From a virus (lineage: Duplodnaviria; Caudoviricetes): a stretch of 64,000 nucleotides of DNA. The stretch is taken from positions 1 to 64,000 of the IMG/VR virus record IMGVR_UViG_3300020577_006545. The stretch is one strand, 5' to 3'. The notes under the pieces were generated by a model. It had not been told where the DNA came from and did no database searches. It worked only from the letters and a program-made list of their open reading frames with translations. A program made the position numbers and the translations under genes. Shown here piece by piece: positions 1-9,847 of the stretch. How positions within the stretch are numbered: the stretch's first letter is position 1; each line of letters begins with the position of its first letter.

Positions 1-1
1 T

Positions 2-2452
2 ATTATTTATGCTACATTTGCTGATTATACAGATGGAACAAATGGAAGAACAATGGCTGTTAAATTCAATTACGAAACTGTAGCTGAGGCCGGTGGTGCT
101 GTAACAAACCCAGCAGAATTTTCAAATAATGTAGAAGTGATATACCATTCTAATAGCACAAGTGGCGCTGTTACATCTATTGATTATATGGACGATAGAA
201 TATTTTTAAGTTTCTATGACAATATCAATAAATTCAAAATGGCAACATTAAAAAGAATGCCATTTAATCCTGACACTTCATTAACTGGTTTCTCAAATGA
301 TTGGTTCCCAGTTCTTGGGCAGAACGGACAAACTGATAGATTCATTGATTACACTGACTTGAACTACAATGGTATTAAAATGCCAATTAACAATCTTAAT
401 GCAGTTCAAAATCTAAGTATGGTATTCGCAAATACTGATAAAGGGTCTGTATTATTTAAATTCCCATTTGTAACAAAATCTAAATGGGAATCAAACATCA
501 AGCCAATTGTATTTAACGCTAACGCAGTTGCATTGGCTAGAGATGTATTTATCCAAAATGGTGATGTTACTGAAACTATTGATAGAAATGATAGTAAAAT
601 CAAATATCAAGGTTCATGGACTGAAGAAACTCCTTCTGTAGTCGTTCCTTTCTCTGCACCACTTTACGATAGAAGTATTGGTCTTAATGGTATGGGTGCT
701 AAACTTTCAAAATCGGATGGAACAAATATAGTAAGTGATTTCAAAAAATATCAACCATTTACATTTAGCACAGACGCTGGAATTTCAATTTTCTATGACG
801 GTGTTGATATTCAAGATTTAGCATATGATTATAATTCAAATGTTCTTATGACAGAGTATGCTGAACCAGTTAAAACATTTGATTTCTTTGATACAAATAG
901 TGCTGATTGGAAAACTACTTACAAGAATAGTAAACAAAGCACTATCACAATGAGAGATAGTGACACTACAGTTACATTCTTTAGTATGCAAAGTGGATCA
1001 CTTACAAACGCCACAATAGATCACCAATCTGAAGTTCTATACGAACTGAATGTAAGTCAAGTTCCTACAGTTTCTGTTTACGCTTTTGGTAAACAATTAG
1101 CTACAATTCAAAATGAAGAAACTATTGGACAGAGTTTAGCAACAACTCAAAAATTGCTTGAGATTACAAACCCTGATGGAACTAAGACTCCAGTAGATAG
1201 AGTTATTGTAAAAGGTAAAAATAACAAACCTGTTAAATCTGTTAAGGTAAGCACATATAATGTTTCTATTCCAAAAGAAATACAACAACAGTATACATAC
1301 ACTGTAGATGGTGGCACAACTTCATCATTTGAAGTTGTTGACCATGCATTCGGCGCATGGTTTTGGCCTATATGGGGATGGGTAAGCAAACCTAATCCAC
1401 CTATAACACTCACAGGTACTAAAATTATTCCAACTAAAACAAATATTAATGCTATAGTCATTAAGTTTAATTATGAAGACGGCTCAACAGAGTCCAAAAT
1501 ATACTTTGCTAAACAAGATGAAGCAACTGTTGAAAACCCAGTGACTTCTGCAATACCTATTAGAGCAGATGTATTCTTCGTTCAAGACGATGCAAGTGTT
1601 AATACAATTACAATTAACGGGTATGCAAAAATTCAGGCACCGGCAATTAAAAGTATACCAAAGTCTGATACAACTTCAAAAGCTGTTATAGACCTTGTTA
1701 AACCATCATCGGTAGCAGTTTATTTTGGATTTGAAAATCTTGCTGGTATTGCTGGTTACAATATCTACGAAAAAGAAACAGGTAAATTCCTTGTTCAATC
1801 AGGTGAAGTTGATTTGCATTCAACGTCTGACGCTCTTGTCTACACAAAAGGTGTAGAAATAGCAGACAACTTTGATAGTTCAAAAGACTATGTTCTTGAA
1901 ATTTATCATACTGGCAAAGCAACTAATGACCTTCTCTTAGACCATAAGATTTATGTTGGCGATGTTAAAATTCATAGATTTGCAGACGCTTCAAATTCAG
2001 TTGTTGAATTAATTTCAAACGACGGATTTATTAACAATTCATACACAGATGATGGATCAAGAAATTCTCTCACTGGTAGAAGAAACTATGTTGAATTCTT
2101 TGATACTCAGTTAGATGAATGTGACGGAAAACTTGACAGATTTGCTGTTAAAGCAGGCGCTAACAAAATATTGAAAGTTGAACTTAATAATGGTAGAGTG
2201 TTTAAAGAACTCAATCAATTTGTTGATTGGAATGTTGAGGTTGCTGAAGATGGCAGACTATATGTTAAATTAGCGTTTACTCCAAAGAATAAAGCAAAAT
2301 TAAGAACAACATATGAAACAACTTCAACAATATTGAAGAGAAAAATTATGTTGACACAACCTGTTACAACTAATGGAGATTACGATAGATACACAGATAT
2401 GTATGTCCAGAACGAAGCAGTTTATATGTCAATTCAATCTAAAACTGATTAA
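2..2452 (+). CDS. Large beta-rich putative virion/tail protein (5'-truncated by window)
   Basis: Frame is open from nt 2 (IIYATFADYTDGTNGRT) into the ORF-track Met at 53; Thr/Ser/Asn/Val-rich; structural context. Confidence 0.55.
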   Translation: MIYATFADYTDGTNGRTMAVKFNYETVAEAGGAVTNPAEFSNNVEVIYHSNSTSGAVTSIDYMDDRIFLSFYDNINKFKMATLKRMPFNPDTSLTGFSNDWFPVLGQNGQTDRFIDYTDLNYNGIKMPINNLNAVQNLSMVFANTDKGSVLFKFPFVTKSKWESNIKPIVFNANAVALARDVFIQNGDVTETIDRNDSKIKYQGSWTEETPSVVVPFSAPLYDRSIGLNGMGAKLSKSDGTNIVSDFKKYQPFTFSTDAGISIFYDGVDIQDLAYDYNSNVLMTEYAEPVKTFDFFDTNSADWKTTYKNSKQSTITMRDSDTTVTFFSMQSGSLTNATIDHQSEVLYELNVSQVPTVSVYAFGKQLATIQNEETIGQSLATTQKLLEITNPDGTKTPVDRVIVKGKNNKPVKSVKVSTYNVSIPKEIQQQYTYTVDGGTTSSFEVVDHAFGAWFWPIWGWVSKPNPPITLTGTKIIPTKTNINAIVIKFNYEDGSTESKIYFAKQDEATVENPVTSAIPIRADVFFVQDDASVNTITINGYAKIQAPAIKSIPKSDTTSKAVIDLVKPSSVAVYFGFENLAGIAGYNIYEKETGKFLVQSGEVDLHSTSDALVYTKGVEIADNFDSSKDYVLEIYHTGKATNDLLLDHKIYVGDVKIHRFADASNSVVELISNDGFINNSYTDDGSRNSLTGRRNYVEFFDTQLDECDGKLDRFAVKAGANKILKVELNNGRVFKELNQFVDWNVEVAEDGRLYVKLAFTPKNKAKLRTTYETTSTILKRKIMLTQPVTTNGDYDRYTDMYVQNEAVYMSIQSKTD

Positions 2453-2454
2453 TT

Positions 2455-2661
2455 ATGAGCGTTCTTAACAGACCAAGAGCTTTAGAAGTAAGGACTGCCG
2501 TTAAAAGGCAGTCCGAAACTGTTAAAGACGAAGGAACGAAAACTAAACTAATAAATATCAGAAATTCCTTAATAAATCTCCGCAACAATAAAGATAAAAG
2601 TATAGGAGAGTTGACCGACATCGTAATAGAATTGGTCAATGTATTAGAAAATGGGAAATAA
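2455..2661 (+). CDS. Hypothetical protein
   Basis: 68 aa ORF coupled to neighbours. Confidence 0.55.
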   Translation: MSVLNRPRALEVRTAVKRQSETVKDEGTKTKLINIRNSLINLRNNKDKSIGELTDIVIELVNVLENGK

Positions 2662-3106
2662 AACGGTTGAAAAATTACACGGTTTTTTCAGTATATTCGG
2701 CGGATTAGTCAATGGCTTAATTGTATTCCTAAATACAGCATTAGGCAATATAGGTAAACTTCTTTCTACAGCAGTAATACTATTCACAATGTATCTCATA
2801 TGGAGAGCATTCCAAGGCCAAATTGAAAACATTATTCCGTTTCCAGACATGAGTAAAGTTTCTGGTGACGAACTTGCAAAGGCGTTAGAGTTAAGAAGAA
2901 TGGTGTATAAAGGTGCAATTGAGAGTGTGTCTGCACCTCTTGCTACTTTATGCGGTGCTGTTGTTTCTGTAATCGGAATTGGTATCACCGTTCAAAAATT
3001 TATAGACAAAAATAAAAATGGGGTTGACGACAGACAGGAAACTCAGACACAGCCTCCTGTTGTAGCACCTGTTGACCCAACACAAAACACTGAGGTTAAG
3101 TATTAA
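2651..3106 (+). CDS. Membrane protein (2-3 TM segments)
   Basis: Hydrophobic segments FFSIFGGLVNGLIVFL, LLSTAVILFTMYLIW, LATLCGAVVSVIGIGITV. Confidence 0.6.
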   Translation: MGNKTVEKLHGFFSIFGGLVNGLIVFLNTALGNIGKLLSTAVILFTMYLIWRAFQGQIENIIPFPDMSKVSGDELAKALELRRMVYKGAIESVSAPLATLCGAVVSVIGIGITVQKFIDKNKNGVDDRQETQTQPPVVAPVDPTQNTEVKY

Positions 3107-3510
3107 TGAGCCATTTTTATAAACAATTAGAAGAAGCACAAATAAATGAATTAGCAGTACCGGCTGGCGGGATGGCTGCTGCAAGAGCAGGAGCAAATCT
3201 TGGTGCGGCAACAGGTATTGGCGCAAGAACTGGTGCCGGATTAGCAAATGCTGCTATGGGTGCCGCTAAATTTGCTGGTAATGTTAAAAATGTATTCGGG
3301 CAAATGAAACAGGCTTATCAAAAAGCTACTGGTGCATTACAGGGGTTGAACCCACAACAACAGCAATTAGTAAACCAAATTTCTGCTAATCCTAATGGTC
3401 CGTATGCTTCTTTGATTGTAGTATTACAAACAGCGCAATCTGATCCGCAATTCGCATCTATGGTGAAAAGTAAGTTAGGTGGAATACAAACACCAGGGGC
3501 ACAAAAGTAA
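3106..3510 (+). CDS. Ala/Gly-rich putative virion internal protein
   Basis: AAARAGANLGAATGIGA low-complexity stretch; N-terminal KQLEE..INE. Confidence 0.5.
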   Translation: MSHFYKQLEEAQINELAVPAGGMAAARAGANLGAATGIGARTGAGLANAAMGAAKFAGNVKNVFGQMKQAYQKATGALQGLNPQQQQLVNQISANPNGPYASLIVVLQTAQSDPQFASMVKSKLGGIQTPGAQK

Positions 3511-4016
3511 TGAACAAAAGATTGTTACAATTAGCTGGCCTTCTTAATGAAGAGGCACCACTTGATCTAAAAAATTTAGTAGATAAAACAACTGGAAAAC
3601 CAGTTACAGTTAACATTCAACCAGCTAATAATGGAAAAACTACACTTCCTCCTGGGACACCTCCAGCACAGGTAGCCGCAGGAACCCCCGTTAAGCCAGA
3701 AGCTGGAGCACCTGCACAACCAGCAACAAATATGGCTACTACTGGCGGGGTTTCACCAGCACAACCGAGTACTCAAGCGACACAAGAATTTAATAAAAGA
3801 GCAGAAGCCATCCCACAAAATATTGCTTTACAACAAGATAAAAAACCAAATGCGATGCATAATGATACACTTGATTTAGATGGTGTCCCTGGTAACGATG
3901 ACGAAGAAAAAATAGAAAATGTAAGAATGTTCTTAGGATTGAGACCAGGAAAAGGTTGGACTAAAAAAGCCCAGAGAAGATGGGAGCAATTCAAACAGTT
4001 TAGAGACGCACTATAA
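3510..4016 (+). CDS. Pro/Ala/Thr-rich putative virion internal protein
   Basis: N-terminus MNKRLLQLAGLLNEE. Confidence 0.5.
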   Translation: MNKRLLQLAGLLNEEAPLDLKNLVDKTTGKPVTVNIQPANNGKTTLPPGTPPAQVAAGTPVKPEAGAPAQPATNMATTGGVSPAQPSTQATQEFNKRAEAIPQNIALQQDKKPNAMHNDTLDLDGVPGNDDEEKIENVRMFLGLRPGKGWTKKAQRRWEQFKQFRDAL

Positions 4017-4063
4017 TTTTCTAAATTTAAGCAAAGATATTTGCTTTTATCAAAGTTAATAGT

Positions 4064-4384
4064 GTGTTAAATCAGCAACAAATAAAAATTCTTGAAATAG
4101 TAGAAAACCGTTTCATTAATGAAACATATTACGATAAAGACGGTGGGACTAAGCCTAAAGGTGGCTCTTACGCTTATGCAAAAAATGATGGTGATAATCC
4201 AATCGGTGAAATCGTAAATGACACAATCAAAAATGAAATAGCGTACAAGAACTTCTTTGAATATATAAAGAATAATTTTAACAGTTACGGTGCGAAAAAA
4301 GTAACTATTATTGAAGCAATTTTACACGCAATTGATGATGATGAAGAGTTTGATGCAATTAAGGAAGTGGTGACTAGAAAATGA
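4064..4384 (+). CDS. Hypothetical protein
   Basis: 106 aa ORF, GTG start. Confidence 0.55.
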   Translation: MLNQQQIKILEIVENRFINETYYDKDGGTKPKGGSYAYAKNDGDNPIGEIVNDTIKNEIAYKNFFEYIKNNFNSYGAKKVTIIEAILHAIDDDEEFDAIKEVVTRK

Positions 4385-4409
4385 GTATAAAAAGAATTAG
4401 AGGTGTTAT

Positions 4410-4607
4410 ATGAAATTAAAACAAATAAATGAAATTCTTGGCCATGTACCAAATTCAGACGATATACCGTCGTTACAAAATGATATATTAATAGCGATTG
4501 ATAACATAAAAAAGAAGGTTAAATTAATAATAAAATCAGATGCGTCTGATGAAGATAAATGTAAAGAATTAAGCTCATTATGGCTTAAATTAAAAAACTT
4601 GGCATAA
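4410..4607 (+). CDS. Hypothetical protein
   Basis: 65 aa; GAGGTG SD; MKLKQINE start. Confidence 0.55.
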   Translation: MKLKQINEILGHVPNSDDIPSLQNDILIAIDNIKKKVKLIIKSDASDEDKCKELSSLWLKLKNLA

Positions 4608-4611
4608 AACA

Positions 4612-6585
4612 ATGAGTATAGTAAATTCATTCATATTTGACAGTACAGATGAGCTTGTATATGACGCTTCTAAAATAGAAGTAATTACAACGATTGATGA
4701 TGAAACATCTTATAACCCATTCTCATTTTCTGGAAGTGTTGGAACATTCGGCTTCTCAGCATCGGGTTCTCCATATGTTTCTACAAGTGGAGAGATCATA
4801 TCATTTGATTTTTCAGAACCAAGAAAACTAAAAAGCATTACTATAGAACAAAGCCCTGTAGATTATGCAGTGTCATACAAAATTACAGGTGGACTTGCTT
4901 CAAGAAATGAAGTAACATTAATCAATGTAAGCGGATCAGTGAATAGTGGCGACATATACCATTTATTTTCAAATCCTCTTGAATTAAGATATGTAGATTT
5001 TATCGTTTATGAAGTTCCTGAGTTCAGTACTACATTTACAGTAATATCTGTAAGCGGAGAAGCAAACGCACCGTTCACAGAAGCTAAGATAACGTCTGCT
5101 CAAATTGAGACTATCACTGCTACATCTAATGTAGAGCCTGTTGAAAATCTATATGATGGTGATGCTCTAACATTCTGGCAGTCTAACAACTCATACCCAC
5201 AAGAAGTCATTTTCAAATTAAGAGATGTGACAAATCTATCTAAGTTTGAATATGTAGCAGAAGACAGCACAACATATCCAACAGCTTATACAATTTACAA
5301 ATCTCTTGATGGATCAACATACGATTCCATCTATTCTTCTGGTTCTATATCGGCAACATCAGGTTCTATCACATTTAATCCATTAGAAACTACAAAATAT
5401 CTAAAATGGAAGATCACTGGTGGCAACTCAAACAAAGTAAGAATTAGAGAAGTTTCTATATACAAGAAATCTTACGATACCATTGATGTAAATCAAGTAA
5501 GACTTAAAAAAACAGTTTCTGATGTAATGGCTCTTGTACCATCATTATCTTCAACAACTGCAAATGGTGCGAACGTAGTTTCTAATCTAATAGCAGGAGT
5601 TGATGGTTATTGGCAATCAACAAGCACATTTACACCTTCAAATAATTTCTTTGTTGGTTCTGAAAATATCACATTTACATTCACTTCAAGCACAACTATA
5701 GATAATATGGTGATTAAAGGATATGCTGACGACGGTCTTCCTGTAGATTTCCAATTACTGGCATCAGTAGATAACTCTACGTTTGATGTACTAGCAGATT
5801 ACACTGGTAACGTGCAAGAGAATGTTAAAATCGCGTTTGCAGAAACGGATCATAACGAATATATATTCTATAAACTAGTATTTACAAAATCAACAGACGC
5901 TTATGTTAAACTTAAGGAAATAAATTTCAATACAAGAACATATCCAACTCTAGCATCTGTAGTGTTACAGGGTATAGTAACTGACAGTATCAAGAGTGTC
6001 AATGTTACAACCTCAGATGTTGACTTAACCAACAGAGATATTAAATATACATTAAATATTGATAACAGAAATTTCTGGTTCGCTGGCAATGCTTTTGTTC
6101 AATCAAATGGGACATTTAATCAAGCAAATACGCTTGATGATCTAAACGCAAATTTTGAAGCATTAACATTAAATCAAAACTCAAAAGTTGCATTGAATGC
6201 AATTCTGTCTTCAAATGGTATGTCAACTCCAGTTATTGAATCCGCGTCAATGACAAGTAAAAATCTTGCTAATGCACCATTCATTCCGTCTGGACAAATC
6301 AGGATAAGGGGTTATATTGCAGGTCATGTTGGGAAGCCACTTGAGATGACTGTATCACTTAAAAGACCTGTTAAGATTGATGGGCAGATTGTAGCGTATT
6401 CAGCTAACATAATTAAGAGTGATAGTCAAGGATATTTTGATTTTACTCTACCTTGTACAGAAACAGCAGTTCCAGCAAAAGAGAAATTTGTTGTTGTTGC
6501 TCAACCTCTAAATTATAGAGTTGAAAGATACACACCAAATCAAACAGATATTGATCTCGCTCTATGGCTTGGAGGGACTTTTTGA
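4612..6585 (+). CDS. Discoidin/F5-8 type C domain-containing virion protein (receptor-binding/tail)
   Basis: Repeated discoidin-like units: NLYDGDALTFWQSNN..PQEVIF, NLIAGVDGYWQST, KYLKWKIT..VRIREV, FYKLVFT..VKLKEI. Confidence 0.65.
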   Translation: MSIVNSFIFDSTDELVYDASKIEVITTIDDETSYNPFSFSGSVGTFGFSASGSPYVSTSGEIISFDFSEPRKLKSITIEQSPVDYAVSYKITGGLASRNEVTLINVSGSVNSGDIYHLFSNPLELRYVDFIVYEVPEFSTTFTVISVSGEANAPFTEAKITSAQIETITATSNVEPVENLYDGDALTFWQSNNSYPQEVIFKLRDVTNLSKFEYVAEDSTTYPTAYTIYKSLDGSTYDSIYSSGSISATSGSITFNPLETTKYLKWKITGGNSNKVRIREVSIYKKSYDTIDVNQVRLKKTVSDVMALVPSLSSTTANGANVVSNLIAGVDGYWQSTSTFTPSNNFFVGSENITFTFTSSTTIDNMVIKGYADDGLPVDFQLLASVDNSTFDVLADYTGNVQENVKIAFAETDHNEYIFYKLVFTKSTDAYVKLKEINFNTRTYPTLASVVLQGIVTDSIKSVNVTTSDVDLTNRDIKYTLNIDNRNFWFAGNAFVQSNGTFNQANTLDDLNANFEALTLNQNSKVALNAILSSNGMSTPVIESASMTSKNLANAPFIPSGQIRIRGYIAGHVGKPLEMTVSLKRPVKIDGQIVAYSANIIKSDSQGYFDFTLPCTETAVPAKEKFVVVAQPLNYRVERYTPNQTDIDLALWLGGTF

Positions 6586-6799
6586 AGTGGTTAAAACAAT
6601 ATTTACAAAAAAGAACATAATCTTTTTTATCGTTTCATCAATATTCACTCTATTATTACAAATAGTTACATTTCTGAATATTGAAATAGAAACTGGTTCT
6701 ACAAAGTTCTGGATTATGATAGCGATCACAAACTTGATTGGGTTTGTTGTTGGACATTTCTTTAAAAAAAATTACAATTTATTTTTTAAAGAAAAGTAA
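6521..6799 (+). CDS. Small membrane protein
   Basis: Two hydrophobic helices; true start probably later than track start. Confidence 0.5.
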   Translation: MKDTHQIKQILISLYGLEGLFEVVKTIFTKKNIIFFIVSSIFTLLLQIVTFLNIEIETGSTKFWIMIAITNLIGFVVGHFFKKNYNLFFKEK

Positions 6800-6814
6800 T
6801 TTAAAGTTATCGGT

Positions 6815-7591
6815 ATGAAAAAATTCATATCGTCTTTATTGATATTACTTACCGCATCATTATGCGCTCCACATCACGAAACAGCGCAAGAGAAACAAAA
6901 AAGATTTTTTAAAGATATAATCATTGCGATGGCATTCCAAGCCGCTGCCCAAAATCCACCACAGTATGAACAATCTGATTGTACAAAATATTCTCCAGCA
7001 TTGAACGTAGCTTATCCTTTATATTGGCCTACTTTTCATGCTGACACCACCCAATACACAACAGTTATCATAGGAGACAGCACAATGGCTATAAATGGCT
7101 CCTACGCTGGTTTTAATGGCGCTGGGACACAGAATGTGGCTATTGGTGGTAATACATCATGTGATATGATTACTCAATTACCTGCTATAAACACAATTGC
7201 TCCAAGTGTTATTATAGTATCTACAAATGGTGGTAATGATATGCTAGCACAGGTTTCTGACACTAATGTCATCAATACAAATACTCTTCTTATTAAGAGA
7301 TTACATCAAAAATACCCAAATGCTAAACTAGTTGTTGTTGGTGTCCACCCTACAAAAAGCACTTATGGCAATGCTCATAAAGCGGCCATTAATACAGGAA
7401 CACAAAATGCTCTTAATGCAGAATACACAACTGCATCTCAAAGATGCTACGTTAATCCATTAACATTGTTTGGGGTTGCAGAAGGCCAAGCGGCCAATGA
7501 TAGCGATATGCTGGATCAAATTCACTACAATCAAGCGATGTCATTTTCTATTAAGAATAAGATACAAACGGATTGCGGGATAACTTTCTAA
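6815..7591 (+). CDS. SGNH/GDSL hydrolase family exported protein (possible lipoprotein)
   Basis: Signal peptide ending LC; block I IGDST, block III GGND, DQIHYN catalytic DxxH. Confidence 0.8.
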   Translation: MKKFISSLLILLTASLCAPHHETAQEKQKRFFKDIIIAMAFQAAAQNPPQYEQSDCTKYSPALNVAYPLYWPTFHADTTQYTTVIIGDSTMAINGSYAGFNGAGTQNVAIGGNTSCDMITQLPAINTIAPSVIIVSTNGGNDMLAQVSDTNVINTNTLLIKRLHQKYPNAKLVVVGVHPTKSTYGNAHKAAINTGTQNALNAEYTTASQRCYVNPLTLFGVAEGQAANDSDMLDQIHYNQAMSFSIKNKIQTDCGITF

Positions 7592-8049
7592 TCAGTTATT
7601 AGAAGTAATTTATATTTGTTATAAAACTTCTTATCATATTCACGAACATATTCGTTGAATATATAAGGAATTTTATCTTTTATGATGAATATAAGCGAAT
7701 CTAGATGCCCCATTTTTTCTTCATCTGTTTTTGGGTATTCTATTTTATTATTATATGGGTTTAAGAGTTTACCTCTATAACAATAAGTTTTATGTTTTTC
7801 ATTTCCATACCATACGATAGCAGGGCCATTTACTCTACTAACTTCACCATTTTGATACCATATTTTAGTTTTGTCTTTGTATATTAGGGCAGGTAAATCG
7901 TTATCTCTATGAAGAATACCTTCTCTATACCACTCTTTCGCACCAGATTTATAATAGACGGCTGGTTTAGCTTCAAAACTATGATAAACCAGCCTGAATT
8001 CGTCTAGATAAGTTGCTCTTACTACATTCTGATTATATATGCCTATCAC
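7588..8049 (-). CDS. MORN-variant repeat protein with C-terminal KY[KR]LL domain
   Basis: HRDNDLPALIY/RVNGPAIVWY repeats; ends FYNKYKLLLITD. Confidence 0.7.
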   Translation of the reverse strand: MIGIYNQNVVRATYLDEFRLVYHSFEAKPAVYYKSGAKEWYREGILHRDNDLPALIYKDKTKIWYQNGEVSRVNGPAIVWYGNEKHKTYCYRGKLLNPYNNKIEYPKTDEEKMGHLDSLIFIIKDKIPYIFNEYVREYDKKFYNKYKLLLITD

Positions 8050-8066
8050 TAGGCATTAACTTATTT

Positions 8067-8939
8067 TTAAAAGAAGTCAATAGAAGAAACTGTATTTTTT
8101 TCAAACTCTTGAATTGATCTGTTTTCGGTAAGAACAAAGATTTTTTCACTTGTTTGATAAATAACATTACCCTTTATTCTTGACCCGTTTTTCAGAACAA
8201 TGGCACTTTTAATCATTTCAGAATTTCTCGTAGAAGAATAGTTTGGGCTTCTGATGATTTCAATAGCTTCTTTTTCTGCCTTTCTAATTTTTTCCTGCGA
8301 TTCTGTTTCAAGCCCCTTGATATCACCTTCTGCCGCTCTATCAATATTTTCTTTACTGATTGTTACTAGAGTAACAATGTCTGTAACCTCTGAGACAGAA
8401 GGAATGTAATTTTCATTTACAACCTTTTCTGTTCCTGAACTACCTATCTCAACAGATTTTTTCTCTACAATCGTTCCCTGTGAACTGCTTCTACCGACAT
8501 AGATTGGCCCTTCGACAGAGTTGAAGATTGTGCTTTCTCTGCTTGAATAGACAAAGAATGTAGTTCCTCTAACGCCAGCGACCGCTGTTGGGGTTATGAT
8601 ATTGAATTCTGATCCAGTGTCAAGTTTATTAGAAACTCTGATAAGCATTGAGCCGTTAACAGTTTCAATGTTAGTCACTTTCTTATTAAGAGAAGCTACT
8701 CTAATTTTAGTAAATTCCTTTACTAAAATAGTAGCACCTTCCCGACTCTGTAGAGTCACTTTTCCATTCTCTGTTCTTACAATATCAGTTTGCCTTACGA
8801 TTTGTCCGACATGGACGCCATTATTTTCATTGATTAAAACGTCACCGTAAACTGACGTAATAACCATTCTTGCTTCTTCTGTCTCTTTTTTACAATAAAA
8901 AAGAGATAAAAAAATCGCTAATATCAATAGTTTTTTCAT
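8067..8939 (-). CDS. FecR-domain exported protein
   Basis: Signal MKKLLILAIFLSLFYC-KKE; IITPTAVAGVRGTTFFV FecR motif; start moved to 8939 to match promoter. Confidence 0.8.
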   Translation of the reverse strand: MKKLLILAIFLSLFYCKKETEEARMVITSVYGDVLINENNGVHVGQIVRQTDIVRTENGKVTLQSREGATILVKEFTKIRVASLNKKVTNIETVNGSMLIRVSNKLDTGSEFNIITPTAVAGVRGTTFFVYSSRESTIFNSVEGPIYVGRSSSQGTIVEKKSVEIGSSGTEKVVNENYIPSVSEVTDIVTLVTISKENIDRAAEGDIKGLETESQEKIRKAEKEAIEIIRSPNYSSTRNSEMIKSAIVLKNGSRIKGNVIYQTSEKIFVLTENRSIQEFEKNTVSSIDFF

Positions 8940-8947
8940 TTGGTATA

Positions 8948-8976
8948 AATATACCATGTTATGCGGTAGATGTCAA
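8948..8976 (-). promoter_or_regulatory. sigma70 promoter, leaderless FecR mRNA
   Basis: TTGACA-17-TATATT-8-ATG. Confidence 0.7.
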
Positions 8977-8979
8977 ATG

Positions 8980-9807
8980 TTATTTAGTAAATTCTAAACT
9001 GTCTATATAGTCATAAGTTATTACGCTATAATGCAAGTGAACGCCTTTTGAATACCCTGTGTTTCCCATATAGCCAACAACATCGCCCCTTCTAACAGTT
9101 TGACCGTATTTTGCTTTTGCATATAATAGGTGCGCGTACAATGTTTTGTAAAACCCATTACTTATTACTACAACATTCCCATAGCCTCCATATAGAGTAT
9201 CATACCCAGCATATCCAGAAAAGACAACTGTTCCTGTCATAGTTGATTTAATGGGCGTCCCTAAACCATTTGATATATCAATACCATAATGCATTGACAT
9301 TTTCCCTGTGAATGGGTCAGGGCGCATTCCGTAACCAGACATAAACCATCCTTGAGCTGGCATCCCTTGAGGAATACTGAATGTGGCTCTTAACCTTGAA
9401 TCTGGAACAGTATTTATAACTGTCCACATCATACAGTCTGCATTCCTGCATTTATCCAAATTTTCAGAAACATTCTCATCTATTTCGCTCTCTTCAAAAG
9501 CATCAACAAATCTTTTATTTATAGATTTAATCAATCTTTTCTTTTCTAACATTTCTTTATCATAGTCTGCCATTAATGAAGTTTGAGTAATGTATCTAGT
9601 TTTAGCATGTTCATATCTGTCTTTGAATAATGGGTGTACGATAAAAGAATATGATGTTATAGAAAATGTGATTATTAAAAGACTTATAAATATTCCTATT
9701 GTAATGAAATTCAATTTTAAAGTATAGACCATTTTATCCTTTACTAATTTAAATGTAATATAAGAAAACATCAAATTATCAAGCATTTTAGAGATTTTTT
9801 GGAACAT
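8980..9807 (-). CDS. M23 family metallopeptidase with N-terminal membrane anchor
   Basis: MHYGIDI (HxxxD), LYAHL, GPH-like GVHLHY motifs. Confidence 0.9.
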   Translation of the reverse strand: MFQKISKMLDNLMFSYITFKLVKDKMVYTLKLNFITIGIFISLLIITFSITSYSFIVHPLFKDRYEHAKTRYITQTSLMADYDKEMLEKKRLIKSINKRFVDAFEESEIDENVSENLDKCRNADCMMWTVINTVPDSRLRATFSIPQGMPAQGWFMSGYGMRPDPFTGKMSMHYGIDISNGLGTPIKSTMTGTVVFSGYAGYDTLYGGYGNVVVISNGFYKTLYAHLLYAKAKYGQTVRRGDVVGYMGNTGYSKGVHLHYSVITYDYIDSLEFTK

Positions 9808-9847
9808 TAGTATAGTATAACATACCTTTGTTAAAAGATAAAGTAAA

